Shown here in pieces: positions 49,907 to 60,268 of a stretch of 64,000 nt of DNA. The number at the start of each line of letters is the position of its first letter. Position 1 is the first letter of the stretch. The notes under the pieces were generated by a model, which saw nothing but the letters and a program-made list of their open reading frames with translations, ran no database searches and was not told the DNA's origin. This stretch comes from an uncultured virus (IMG/VR IMGVR_UViG_3300025921_000010) (taxonomy: Duplodnaviria; Heunggongvirae; Uroviricota; Caudoviricetes; Crassvirales). The stretch is taken from IMG/VR virus record IMGVR_UViG_3300025921_000010. One strand, written 5' to 3'. The position numbers and the translations under genes were made by a program.

Positions 49907-50048
49907 AGTTATAACGTTGAAGTTATAGAGAAATAATAAATAAATGAGGAAATAATTCTACAATATGGGGAACGATGGTAATATTTTACACATTATGTGG
50001 AATAATGTAACGGTAAATATTTGGCATGTAATTAAATTAAGGCAAAAA

Positions 50049-50363
50049 TCATTTATCATGCCTCTCTTTTCTTAGCCTATTTTCGATGTATTTTAATAAA
50101 GATAATCCTGAATCAGTAAGAGAATAAAGCCGGTTACTATCGCGAATGATATAACCAGCATCTAAAAGATAATTTATTCTATCATTATAATAATTAGCTC
50201 CCCATGTCCTATTTACTTTCTTTAATTGCTTATGAAGTGCAAACCAGGAACAAGGCTGGATTAAATAAATAGCATACATTAAATGAATGTAATGAGCTTT
50301 TATCTTGCTCTTTCTTACTACCTTATCGAATAGGAATGATCTACTAAGATAGGAGAGTTTCAA
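50049..50363 (-). CDS. winged-helix protein
   Basis: RINYLLDAGYI...YSLTDSGLSLL. Confidence 0.65.
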   Translation of the reverse strand: MKLSYLSRSFLFDKVVRKSKIKAHYIHLMYAIYLIQPCSWFALHKQLKKVNRTWGANYYNDRINYLLDAGYIIRDSNRLYSLTDSGLSLLKYIENRLRKERHDK

Positions 50364-51090
50364 TGTATATTATGTTAAGTAGAAAAATGTAACCTTAAAT
50401 TATTATGTTAGTTGGTTGAATTGGTTGCACCACATTTCCGCACTCAAACGTTTCCAATAAACGAAATAAACGAAACGGTTTTCCCATCATCACATTTACT
50501 TTTTTAATCATCTCAAACTGGATTTTAGTTTGTTCAAAACAAAGGACATCGTTGTTGTTACTTCTTAGCGAAGTATTTTCCAACGTTCAAAATTTAAAAA
50601 CCCGACCCCACCCGGTCGCCGAAAATCCGTTTCCCATCTGGATTTGCCCCCTCGCTTTTATGCGTCTACCCCACCTATTTAACTACACAGTAAATCATTG
50701 ATTATGAATTAAAAAATTACCTGTGCCAGCTTTTAAACTGTTTAGCTATAGTCCATTTCTGGGGGCTCACACAGGTAAATATTTTATTTATTTTTAATAA
50801 TGTTACCACATACATCACCCCACATATCATTTATTGTTACTTCTAAAAACCCTTGTTGTTACTTGCTAAATTAATTCCTTAAATTTTGAGGTTCAGGATA
50901 GAGTTTAATGTTATAAAAAAGAACTAAAAAAGGGTCGGTGGTGTCCAGTTATTCCCCCACATGGGACACTCCACGCTATCATTTAGATTTCGAGGCGTTA
51001 CTCTCTCATCAGGCGTTAAAAAAGTGGGGCAAGATGTTGTCAGACCGACCCTATTCGACAACCCACGCATCTTCAAGTTAAGAACTTAGT

Positions 51091-51160
51091 AGCGGCGGAC
51101 AGGATTCGAACCTGCATTAGCTGTAAAAACAGGCGTGTTCCCGTACTTACACCACGTCGC
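51091..51160 (-). tRNA. degenerate tRNA-like gene, identity uncertain
   Basis: T-arm GCAGGTTCGAATCCTGT; imperfect acceptor stem; abnormal anticodon arm. Confidence 0.45.
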
Positions 51161-51369
51161 ACCACAAATATAATAACTTCCCTTGAATAACGATACAATT
51201 TGTATCTAAAATGTTTAGATTTGTGTGATTTATTTTCAGACAGATTTACTACCCACTGGATGAGGTCTAATAATATTAAGAAAGGAATGTTCGTAATTAA
51301 TTGATTATCAAAGGTAGGTGCAGTCAGTTCTGACTGTCAGATGGACAAATATGGCACTAAAAGTAAAAT

Positions 51370-51822
51370 ATGGAGTATTCTGAAAGCCCTTTTAAGGTTA
51401 TCGAAGGGAAGATAAAAGAGGTCTTTAAGGAAAGTAAAGGCGCTCCTTTTGAGATGGCTGATGTAAAGACTGGTGAGGTAAGTTTCTTCCAAAAGGTAAC
51501 AAGAGTTAGCAACGCAATAGTTGACACGTCCAATTATACCAAAGTTTACAAAGGCAATTCAGATGTGTTTTATGAGTTTGGGTTGAAAGAGTTCTTACTG
51601 TTCTACTATATTGTTGATAATCTTGGCATTCATACAGACCGTATAATGCTTTACCCTGAGTTGCTATATGATGCTTGTAAAATGAGTGAGAGTACATTCA
51701 GAAGGGCTTTAATCACCTTACTCGAAAAGAACATAATAGCCCGAAAGAAGGGAAGTAGTATAGAGTTCTTTGTGAATATTAATTATGTGTTTAATGGGAG
51801 CAGATTGAAGCTGAAGAGTTAA
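51370..51822 (+). CDS. RepL-like winged-helix DNA-binding protein
   Basis: MSESTFRRALITLLEKNII, FFVNINYVFNGSR. Confidence 0.7.
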   Translation: MEYSESPFKVIEGKIKEVFKESKGAPFEMADVKTGEVSFFQKVTRVSNAIVDTSNYTKVYKGNSDVFYEFGLKEFLLFYYIVDNLGIHTDRIMLYPELLYDACKMSESTFRRALITLLEKNIIARKKGSSIEFFVNINYVFNGSRLKLKS

Positions 51823-52235
51823 TCATACAGTTTAATTAATGCCTGTTCTGTCAGATATTCAGTAAGGTAACAGTATAATTCTTCGGTATGTACGGTTAAC
51901 GGAATTCTTCGGTCTCTTAACAGATAATGAGTAACATGGGTTATCTCGTGTACTAATATGCTTACGAACTCCCTGAAGTTACCATTCTTGTTTTTTACCA
52001 GTATAATAAAGCCGCCAAGAAAATCTATTTTCCTTCCTTCATTAGTGATGTGATCCCATCCTTTAATTGCCCTCTGGTCAAATTCTTTAAAATTTTCTTC
52101 TCCTGAGAATCTTTTTATATGAATAGGTATTTCACTCTCTGACAAATCGCACAGGAATAGAATATCCACCTTAAAAAGAGGTACTTCAACGTGAAAACTT
52201 TTTTTATCATCCCAATTATTTTTCTTCTTTGCCAT
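51819..52235 (-). CDS. putative zinc metallopeptidase-like protein
   Basis: LVHEITH plus downstream EE. Confidence 0.55.
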   Translation of the reverse strand: MAKKKNNWDDKKSFHVEVPLFKVDILFLCDLSESEIPIHIKRFSGEENFKEFDQRAIKGWDHITNEGRKIDFLGGFIILVKNKNGNFREFVSILVHEITHVTHYLLRDRRIPLTVHTEELYCYLTEYLTEQALIKLYD

Positions 52236-52440
52236 ATTCTTAATTTTAAAAAATTGCCTTATTTCGCAGCACCCCAATAAAATTTATCTGGATGACAATG
52301 CTCATTGTAGCTTCTGTGTGACACATAATGCTACATGGTCTGCTTATTCGTGCAATAATATCGCTGCCAGTTCCCGCGTCTCAAAAAATAATTATAAACT
52401 GGTTAAAATTAAATTAGTAAAACACCGGCAGCGAATAAGA

Positions 52441-52899
52441 TTATTTTGATTTATCAATAACTACATAGATGGTGTCAATTACCTTTCCTTGTCTTTGAGT
52501 ATCGCTTCCTAATTGGGATTTCATTGACATATTTTTATCTAATACCTCAACTTTTGTGATAAAGTGGTTTGTCTCGCCCCTGTTTTTAAACCAATTTTTA
52601 CCTGCGGTTTCATGGTATGTAAGTTTAATTTTCCATCCATGTTGTGCCGCGCTATCAATCTGATTAATTATTGAAGTATCTTCATGGTCATTGTCAATAG
52701 AAAATTCAAAGTCTTTCATAGTGCTGTTCATTCCTGTTTGGGTAACATGCAATTCTCCTTCCCATGACTTCCAAATAATACCTGTTCTTGAAAACTGTGT
52801 AACCAAACCTATTCGTTCACCGTTGGAATAGTTTTCAGAGCAACTTGAAAGGATTATTAGCATTGGAATAATTACTAATAGATAAAATAATTTTTTCAT
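52441..52899 (-). CDS. lipoprotein
   Basis: lipobox LSSC; YSNGERIG, KSWEGEL. Confidence 0.75.
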   Translation of the reverse strand: MKKLFYLLVIIPMLIILSSCSENYSNGERIGLVTQFSRTGIIWKSWEGELHVTQTGMNSTMKDFEFSIDNDHEDTSIINQIDSAAQHGWKIKLTYHETAGKNWFKNRGETNHFITKVEVLDKNMSMKSQLGSDTQRQGKVIDTIYVVIDKSK

Positions 52900-53166
52900 T
52901 TTTTTGTTTTTATAATGATTAATTGGTTACAGGTAAATATTGGTCGAAATAAGGCACTACTTTAAACTTGAACTTATTAAGTGTATAAACCCTGTGTAAT
53001 TCTTCATCCACTTCTGTATCTGCGAAATATTGGATTACCTCAAACTGATCTCTTGTGATAATAATTTTCTGTTTAGGTTCATTAGTTTGTGTTTCTGGAT
53101 TGAACACTTGACCTATATGTATCTCATACTTTTCAGCCCAAATATCGTTAAGCATATTATTAAATT

Positions 53167-53526
53167 TTAGAACGGTAAATTATCCACGTTTTCATCTACC
53201 ACTTCTGCTTCGGATATAAATTCTTCTTTTTTAGCTGACAGTTTTTCAATCTTCCAAGCATCAAGGTTAGTAAAGTAGGACGTTTTACCATCTTTCTCCC
53301 ACTTAGAGCCTCTTAAATTGAAGTGTACCTTTACTTCATCTCCGATATTAATATCGTCCAGTACGCTTGTCCTTTCATTGGAAGCCTGTAGTTTGACTAA
53401 TTGAGAGTAGGTTTTATCCCTTACTTCTTCTGTTACTTCCACTACAAACTCACGTACTTTAAATTTCTCTGTACGTTGTTGGGTTTCTGTTTTAAAGACT
53501 AATCTTCCGGTTAATTCGTATTGCAT
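53167..53526 (-). CDS. DUF3127 single-stranded DNA-binding protein
   Basis: FKVREFV, YFTNLDAWKIE, acidic tail ending LPF. Confidence 0.85.
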   Translation of the reverse strand: MQYELTGRLVFKTETQQRTEKFKVREFVVEVTEEVRDKTYSQLVKLQASNERTSVLDDINIGDEVKVHFNLRGSKWEKDGKTSYFTNLDAWKIEKLSAKKEEFISEAEVVDENVDNLPF

Positions 53527-54086
53527 GGTTTTATTTTTTAATTGCTTTTATAAATTCATCTATTTCGTTTATAAAATTATTAGCACTATCAATGCTACTT
53601 GCTACATTGTGATAAGGGATCCATATACCAAAAAATAAAAATGTTTTTTGCCAAAAATATTTCGTGATTATTCCACCTTTTTGAATCACCTTAAATTTTC
53701 TCACTTGTGTGCTCATGGTTTTATTGTTCTTTTAATTTTTTAAATGCACATTCTGGACAATAAACGTTTCCTTTCTTTGTTGCTCTCCAACCTTTTTCAA
53801 AGAAATCTTCTTCGCTGCCTTCTCCCATAGTAATATCTCCTTTGCCACAATTTGTGCATTGAATAGAGGCTTCCGTTTCTATGAAGTCGTATAAATCCAT
53901 TGGTTCGTATTTCATGGTTTTATTTTTATTTTTTATTTGAAATGTCAATGCCTATAGAACAACAAACTAATCCAAGTATGGAGATTAAAACTACAATTAT
54001 GCTTAAATTTGTTCTTTCAGGTCTTATAGTTGCACAAATTAGCGCAAAGGCAAAAACAACATATGATACTATATATGAAATTGTTT

Positions 54087-54623
54087 TCATTGGTATATTA
54101 ATTTATCCGTTAATAATCCTTCAAAATTTGTCTTTGCCCGCTCTACATCACTATATCCGCTGTATTGAATAGCTGCGAAGGGGTAACATACATGGTAATC
54201 GCCTTTACCTTTGAGTTCGGTGTCTAAATGCTTCTCCTCGTTGATGCTTAAGAAGGTGTCGTAGAACTTTTGTTTGATAATATATAGATGAAGCCCTGAA
54301 AAATCATCCGTCTTGCCGTCTTTTATTTCTCCTCTATATATTCCTCCTAAATACAGGTCGAAATCTTCCGGTTTCCTTTTAAGGAAATACTTAAATCCAT
54401 CTTCGGCAGGAAATTTAATATCATCTTCGGCTATAATTACTTCGGGGAGGCCAACATCTTGGGCAAACTGCACTATTTGTTTGTGCGCTCTTGATACTCC
54501 CTTACAAATAGGACTATCGAATACCGATGGCCATATCCTGTATTCGGTTATTCCCTGACGGTTTAATTCGTGCATCAAGTTATCCCATCTGTCTGGTCTG
54601 TACTGGTTATGGATTATGTTCAT
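54087..54623 (-). CDS. glycosyltransferase, family 25-like
   Basis: RPDRW, SRAH, IAEDD, LYLGG. Confidence 0.75.
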   Translation of the reverse strand: MNIIHNQYRPDRWDNLMHELNRQGITEYRIWPSVFDSPICKGVSRAHKQIVQFAQDVGLPEVIIAEDDIKFPAEDGFKYFLKRKPEDFDLYLGGIYRGEIKDGKTDDFSGLHLYIIKQKFYDTFLSINEEKHLDTELKGKGDYHVCYPFAAIQYSGYSDVERAKTNFEGLLTDKLIYQ

Positions 54624-54837
54624 TTTTTTTTAAATCTTCCGGTTTTAGGGTCACGAACTATTGTTTCTTCATTACTTCCTTTTATTTCTTCAAGTATGGA
54701 AACAATACCACTACAAATCACCGTAAAAGTCATATAATATTTAAATCCACTATCGTCTCCTTTAATTATTGAGAATATTCCACCTATAAGGCAGGTTATT
54801 GCTAAAAGAGCATACAAGTATTTCATATATTTAAGTT

Positions 54838-55473
54838 TTAAAACATTCCAAATAATTCTCTTCCGTATTTTTTATTATACTTTCTTACCTGTTCATGGGT
54901 AAGGTCATGTTGATTATCCACTGTTATTAAAGTCTTACTCTCCAAATGCTCTACAATGGCCGTTGGTACTATCATTGGAGGCACTTCAACTTTGATTAAT
55001 TGCTCCATGAGCGAGTTATCAGCACACCAAAACTTAAAATCTTCATCAAAGCCGCCTATTTTCTTCCAAAGATCTCTGTGAATCATAAAACACCAACCGG
55101 ATAGATGTACTCCTGTCTCATATCCGGTGGTGTTTACGGTGATTGCAGATTGCCTTTCATCGTTAGGACATTTAGGGCTTACGATAGGATATTGGGGTTT
55201 CAGAAGTTCTTCAAGCCATCCATCAAAGAACACTACATCGTTATTAGATATTACTATCCAGTCAGTATCTGCTATTTCTACTCCTCTGTTGGCTAAGTAA
55301 TTGTAGTTAAAAGGCTCAACCGTAAAGACTGTTTTCCCTCCGATGTAATTAGGTACTTCTGGGTTTTGCTCCAGTACTATTACGTCTGCTTTGGCAAATA
55401 GTACTGCTTCCTGTGTCATGTTGTACAGTTGTCGGCTCTTAGCGTTGGATATTATGATAACGGTGGCGTTCAA
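54838..55473 (-). CDS. glycosyltransferase, family 2
   Basis: FNYNYLANRG, SNNDV, IGGFDEDF. Confidence 0.85.
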   Translation of the reverse strand: MNATVIIISNAKSRQLYNMTQEAVLFAKADVIVLEQNPEVPNYIGGKTVFTVEPFNYNYLANRGVEIADTDWIVISNNDVVFFDGWLEELLKPQYPIVSPKCPNDERQSAITVNTTGYETGVHLSGWCFMIHRDLWKKIGGFDEDFKFWCADNSLMEQLIKVEVPPMIVPTAIVEHLESKTLITVDNQHDLTHEQVRKYNKKYGRELFGMF

Positions 55474-55696
55474 AATGATTGTATTTTTAATTTAACTTCC
55501 TCCCAATATTCTGAAATTTTTTCATCAGCAAAAGAATAAACGCCAGCTCCTCCTAAAACATCAATTATTTCCTCAACACAAATAAGCGCACATTGTTTTG
55601 CGACTTGCCAATTTCTTTCCATTACTACACCAAAGAATACAGGAGGTACTGTTTCTGCAAAACTTTCAACAAGTTCTTTAGCCTTATCTTCTGTTT

Positions 55697-56293
55697 TCAT
55701 TTTATACTTTTTAAATGAAATTGAGTTTCAGTTGTTTCTACATTCCAAACATAATTATAGAGAACTTTATCTATATTGTGTTCGGTCTTTAAATGTGCTT
55801 TTAATCTTTTAGAATAGTCTGCATCTTCACCATAAAGTATAGGGCGGTATTTAACAGCCATTGCAAGGTCTTTCTTTACACACATGATATGGTTAGGAAG
55901 CCTGTAATAAGTTGCGGGTGTATCGAAATCATGTTCGTACTCTATCGAGTAATAACAATTTTTCGGAGGTTCGCCGTTTAAAGTTACCCTCACCGGAAAC
56001 GTAATAATATCGCAGTTAGTTTCGGTGGCTTTTAATAGTGACAACAAGTAGTCACTTTCTAAAACATCGTCATCATCGGCAAAGGCTACATACTCACCTT
56101 GCGCTATTTCGAGCATCTTATTCCTCTTTGTGCCGAGCATTGTCTTTTTATTATCCAGTAATATTAAAATCTCTATTTCATCCTGTTCTGATTGCTCCAA
56201 CTTATCATATTGGGCGAATATCCTAACCATAAAGGTCGGCAGGAAGGTTGCAGACCTTGTGTGAGTGGAGCAAATTAGGATTGATAGCTTCAA
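55697..56293 (-). CDS. glycosyltransferase, family 2
   Basis: LSILIC, GTKRN, GEYVAFADDDD, GEDADY. Confidence 0.88.
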   Translation of the reverse strand: MKLSILICSTHTRSATFLPTFMVRIFAQYDKLEQSEQDEIEILILLDNKKTMLGTKRNKMLEIAQGEYVAFADDDDVLESDYLLSLLKATETNCDIITFPVRVTLNGEPPKNCYYSIEYEHDFDTPATYYRLPNHIMCVKKDLAMAVKYRPILYGEDADYSKRLKAHLKTEHNIDKVLYNYVWNVETTETQFHLKSIK

Positions 56294-57048
56294 GGATTGG
56301 TTATTTTGGATTTTGATTTTTCAAAGACTGCATCTAAAAACTTAGATGTTGAACTTCCGTTATCCCTGAATAGATTGAAGACGTCATTCCAACTTAAGGA
56401 TGGCTTGTTTCTGATTATATAATGTAGCCTTACTTCATCAGTTGAAAAATATTTCCATGCCGGATTTAATGGCGTAGAAAAACTACTCCTTTCTTTCATT
56501 CGTTTTACGGTATCTTCCCTTGTTTCCCATTGCGCTTTGGTTAGGACTGCGTACAGTGTTTGCTTTTCGTCTGTTATTTCTACTCCATCTTCGGTAGTGA
56601 ATAAGGGTTGCTTAACTTTTTCTAAGCTATACAATGAACTTAAGGAACTCCCTTTATGTGAAATAGCACATAATCCACCATTGAACTCAGTATCTATTTT
56701 AAATCCTTCAATCTTACTACTACCGTAATCATCTCCGACAGTAAAAATTTCTCCATCTGAAAGGCGTTTAACCGAATAAATGGTTTTCATATATTCTGGA
56801 TGCAAAAGCAAGGATTGTACAGGCACATCAAAGCCACAACAAAATTCTCCAAAATTATTTTTGTTGTAAACTCGTTTTTGAAATGTGTAAGAAAGTATCT
56901 CATACTCCCTCTTTGGTTCTTTGGATTTTTTGTGTTTAAAGTAACTAAGCAACACTTCTAAATTCTTACCACCAATGACAGGGGCGGAAGTATTAAAATA
57001 CTTGCCTATAAATTCTTTAACGTTTTCGTCCGTCCATTCAAATTCCAT
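56290..57048 (-). CDS. hypothetical protein
   Basis: SVKRLSDGEIFTVGD, PLFTTEDGV. Confidence 0.65.
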   Translation of the reverse strand: MEFEWTDENVKEFIGKYFNTSAPVIGGKNLEVLLSYFKHKKSKEPKREYEILSYTFQKRVYNKNNFGEFCCGFDVPVQSLLLHPEYMKTIYSVKRLSDGEIFTVGDDYGSSKIEGFKIDTEFNGGLCAISHKGSSLSSLYSLEKVKQPLFTTEDGVEITDEKQTLYAVLTKAQWETREDTVKRMKERSSFSTPLNPAWKYFSTDEVRLHYIIRNKPSLSWNDVFNLFRDNGSSTSKFLDAVFEKSKSKITNP

Positions 57049-57253
57049 AAAATAAGTTTTTGATTTTGATTGCAGTTATTTGGAAACACCTAATGAATTT
57101 ATATTTTGAAAGCCTTCTAAGAGTAACAGAAGTTAAACACTTTTCATCATTTACACTTAATACGATATGTTTTGTATCGTTGATGTTTATTATATCAAAC
57201 TTCTTCATTCCTTTAGTTAGTGTTAATAAACTTAGTTTGGATTGCTTCATTTT

Positions 57254-57790
57254 TTAATCTTCAAAATCTTCTACCAACTGACTTTCAGAAACAGCGTATA
57301 TTTCACTTTGGTTTAAAATAATATTATCTTTAACTTTTACGCCTAAATTCTTAGGGTAAATAACTACATCTCCGACTTCCAGTAGCATGGGCTCTGACTG
57401 TGTCCCGCTTCCGGTGGCGATAACCTTTCCTTCGGCTATGGTTTTATCTTCGAGTAAGACTACGCCACCTTCGGAAAGCGTTTCGTCTTTTTTAATGGGT
57501 TCAATAAGTACTCTTGCGTGAAGTGGTATCATAGTATTGTCTTTTATAGTTCCTAAGATGAAGTTGTGATTAATAGATAAGTATTTTTTATCTCCGTATT
57601 CTGCGATATATCCGGTGCGGTGGTTGTAGAAAACGTGATCGCCGTCTTTTAATTCGTGATCCGGTGATATTGAGATAATTATTCCTGTGTTAGTAGGTTT
57701 TCTTGCTTCTTCCGGTATATGGATGCCGTTTATTTTATCCGGTGGAGTGTCTGGAAGAATGACCGCCTGTAATCCGTAGTATTTCAGCAT
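57254..57790 (-). CDS. tandem GroES-like co-chaperonin
   Basis: GIHIPEEARK...KDGDHVFY and PLHARVLIEP...EGGVVL...VIATGSG...VGDVVIY. Confidence 0.8.
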   Translation of the reverse strand: MLKYYGLQAVILPDTPPDKINGIHIPEEARKPTNTGIIISISPDHELKDGDHVFYNHRTGYIAEYGDKKYLSINHNFILGTIKDNTMIPLHARVLIEPIKKDETLSEGGVVLLEDKTIAEGKVIATGSGTQSEPMLLEVGDVVIYPKNLGVKVKDNIILNQSEIYAVSESQLVEDFED

Positions 57791-57813
57791 TTAGTGGGAA
57801 TGAAATAAAAAGT

Positions 57814-57905
57814 GAAGATACAAAATGTATCGAATCTACCAAATTTATTTTAGAAATTTCTCCCCTTTTTTTACGATACAATTTGTATCTACCTGTCTAA
57901 CTTTG
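57814..57905. promoter_or_regulatory. divergent promoter module 4
   Basis: palindromes 57817-57831 and 57875-57889; TAACTTTG 57898-57905. Confidence 0.87.
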
Positions 57906-57912
57906 TTCCAAG

Positions 57913-58482
57913 ATGAAATCTCCTTTTAAGTTTATAATCAACATAGAAAAGCCTTACATGGATGAAGCGCCAACAGCTTCCGGTATAAAATTATACCGTG
58001 ATACTACGTTTCATCCTGAAAACTACGCCCAAACTCACGGTGTAGTAACAAGCACCCCTCTAAAAAATGATTTGGATGTTCAAAAAGGCGATGAAATCTA
58101 CTTTTCTTATCAGGTAGTAGAGGATAAAGAACAAAGAGACCGCGATACTGACGTTCATAAAAATATGATTTTTTACAACGGGCAAAAATCATGGATGGTT
58201 AATACCGACCTCGTGTATTTCAGAGTTCGTAATGACCAAATAGGAATGCTGAATAAATATGCTCTCGTGGATTTAATGGAAGAAGAACAAACGTCCTCTT
58301 TAGTCATTCCTGATTACTTAAAAAAAGTGAAGTTGTTAGGACAGGCACGAATCATTGCTTCCGCTAATCTAAAAAAGGGTGAAGTGATCTTATTTGACAA
58401 GCGGTTTATAGAAACTTATGAACTCTTTGGAAGGGAGTATTACATTTTGCACGAAGAAAGAATACTGGCGAAATTAGGTTAA
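57913..58482 (+). CDS. divergent tandem GroES-like protein
   Basis: TASGIKL...GVVTSTP...KGDEIYF and SSLVIP...KGEVILF...HEERILA. Confidence 0.6.
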   Translation: MKSPFKFIINIEKPYMDEAPTASGIKLYRDTTFHPENYAQTHGVVTSTPLKNDLDVQKGDEIYFSYQVVEDKEQRDRDTDVHKNMIFYNGQKSWMVNTDLVYFRVRNDQIGMLNKYALVDLMEEEQTSSLVIPDYLKKVKLLGQARIIASANLKKGEVILFDKRFIETYELFGREYYILHEERILAKLG

Positions 58483-58488
58483 TTAATA

Positions 58489-58854
58489 TTATTTAAAAAT
58501 ATTACTAATATTTTCAGTTCCCACCGGATTCATTGAATGAATGAATATAACTGGCAAATCCGTTTTCATTTGTGCGTAAAATTCTTTCATCCATTTTGCA
58601 CAATCAAGCCCGGTCTTTTCTAAGTACATAGGACTTTCCCATGTCTCTGAATTATAATGTTCATCAGCTAAATCATGGTCAAAAGAAACATGGGTAATTA
58701 AGTCAATATTTTCTGAAATTACTTTTACAAATTCATCATAGTTCTTAACTAACTCCCATTGCTCATAATAAATTGGATTCTTTGCTCCAATTCTTCTGTG
58801 CATATATCTACCTGCTTCTTGTGGTATTCTGTAATCATCTAGAAAGACTTTCAT
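58489..58854 (-). CDS. cyclic-phosphate-processing receiver-like domain protein
   Basis: VFLDDYR, SFDHDL, TGLDCAKW, IHSMNPVG. Confidence 0.8.
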   Translation of the reverse strand: MKVFLDDYRIPQEAGRYMHRRIGAKNPIYYEQWELVKNYDEFVKVISENIDLITHVSFDHDLADEHYNSETWESPMYLEKTGLDCAKWMKEFYAQMKTDLPVIFIHSMNPVGTENISNIFK

Positions 58855-58875
58855 CGGTAATGAGTTTTGAATAGT

Positions 58876-58956
58876 AAAGATACAAATTGTATCGAACTAT
58901 CCAAATTTTTCTCCCCTTTTTTCAAGATACAAAATGTATCATTCATTCTAATTTTG
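58876..58956. promoter_or_regulatory. divergent promoter module 5
   Basis: palindromes 58879-58893 and 58926-58940; TAATTTTG 58949-58956. Confidence 0.88.
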
Positions 58957-58969
58957 TTCAAAGAGGATT

Positions 58970-59629
58970 ATGACCATTCAAGACATACATAACTGGATAG
59001 ACTTTCTCACCAATAAAGCGCAAGGGGTTTACTTTACCCACGAAGAAAAGGATATGGCTCTTGACAGGGCACAGATGCAGTATTTTAATGAGCAGTACGG
59101 TTATTATGCGCTTGCTCAAAAAATACAGGAATCTCTTTCTCCCTTTAAAACTAAGTACTCTTTTTTAGATACTCCAAGTGGACTAATAACTGCTCCGGCA
59201 GATTATTTATACCTCACAGGGGGTAAAATCGTGTACATGGAAGGTTCTCATACTCGTTATAAGGCTTTAAAAGTCCTTTCAGATGATGAACTGGCTTATA
59301 GATTAAACTCTCAGTTGCGTCCGGTAACAATCACAAGTCCGGTAGCAGTAATGGCAGGGAAAGTATCGGGCATCTCTCTGATTCAACTATATCCTAAGCA
59401 AACATTTGCAGGAGATATTGATTATCTGAGGCGACCCAAAGCACCTAAGTACGCTTATACGCAATCAGGTAGAACGTTCACTTATGATAGTGCAAATTCT
59501 GTACAAATAGAATGGGGCGAAAGTGAACTCAATGAATTAATCATGCGTGCTTTAAGTTTCTTAGGTATCTCAATAGATGACCAGTTGGTAACTCAATATG
59601 CGGAAGCAAAAAGTAAATCAGTGAACTAA
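58970..59629 (+). CDS. putative tail ring/adaptor protein
   Basis: NKAQGVYFT..E, DYLRRPKAP; resembles crAss-like ring proteins. Confidence 0.65.
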   Translation: MTIQDIHNWIDFLTNKAQGVYFTHEEKDMALDRAQMQYFNEQYGYYALAQKIQESLSPFKTKYSFLDTPSGLITAPADYLYLTGGKIVYMEGSHTRYKALKVLSDDELAYRLNSQLRPVTITSPVAVMAGKVSGISLIQLYPKQTFAGDIDYLRRPKAPKYAYTQSGRTFTYDSANSVQIEWGESELNELIMRALSFLGISIDDQLVTQYAEAKSKSVN

Positions 59630-60261
59630 TGACTAAATACAAAATAGCCGAACAAATTCTTCTCATGCTCAAAGGAGGCAACATAAAAGCTGCCACCACT
59701 ATTGAGTTGGAAGATATTATGGAGGCAGTAGGGCAGTACATTAATTCACACTTCAAGCAGGAACAACTTTCAGTGAATATGCCATCGGGTGAAACTATTC
59801 CCGAAGGTGTTATGCTTACCTATTATGATGGGCTTGTGCCTGTACAGTATAAAGGGGTTTCTAAAGTTACATTGCCGGTTACGCCAATTTCTTTGCCGAG
59901 AAATATGGGCATTATGCACTTATCAAGGTCAAACGATATAAATGATGGATTTATCCCTACGCAAAACGGGCAATTAGCCTTACTAAAAGGAGAAAGGTTA
60001 ATCAGCGATATGTCAGGACAGGTTAGTTATACTCCTTTTGGGAATGATTGTATTTTAAGCAAAGACCTAACAACAGAGACAGGAGTTACTGTAATTGCAG
60101 GATTGGTAGTCATGGATATTTCTAAGTATGGAGATTTTGATCCGCTTCCATTACCCGCTGATATGGAAGCTACTATCATTCAGGAAGTGTTTAAATTATT
60201 TTCAATGCAGATGCAGGGTGCGAAATTAGATGACCCAAGCGCAGAAAGACAACCAAAATGA
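59629..60261 (+). CDS. putative virion structural protein
   Basis: coupled to the ring-like gene; PLPADME motif. Confidence 0.55.
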   Translation: MTKYKIAEQILLMLKGGNIKAATTIELEDIMEAVGQYINSHFKQEQLSVNMPSGETIPEGVMLTYYDGLVPVQYKGVSKVTLPVTPISLPRNMGIMHLSRSNDINDGFIPTQNGQLALLKGERLISDMSGQVSYTPFGNDCILSKDLTTETGVTVIAGLVVMDISKYGDFDPLPLPADMEATIIQEVFKLFSMQMQGAKLDDPSAERQPK

Positions 60262-60268
60262 GTTATTA

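Noticed and set aside
52290..52440. ncRNA suggested by the TCGCTGCC/GGCAGCGA inverted repeat
   Set aside because: One 8-bp stem with a long AT-rich loop is too little support
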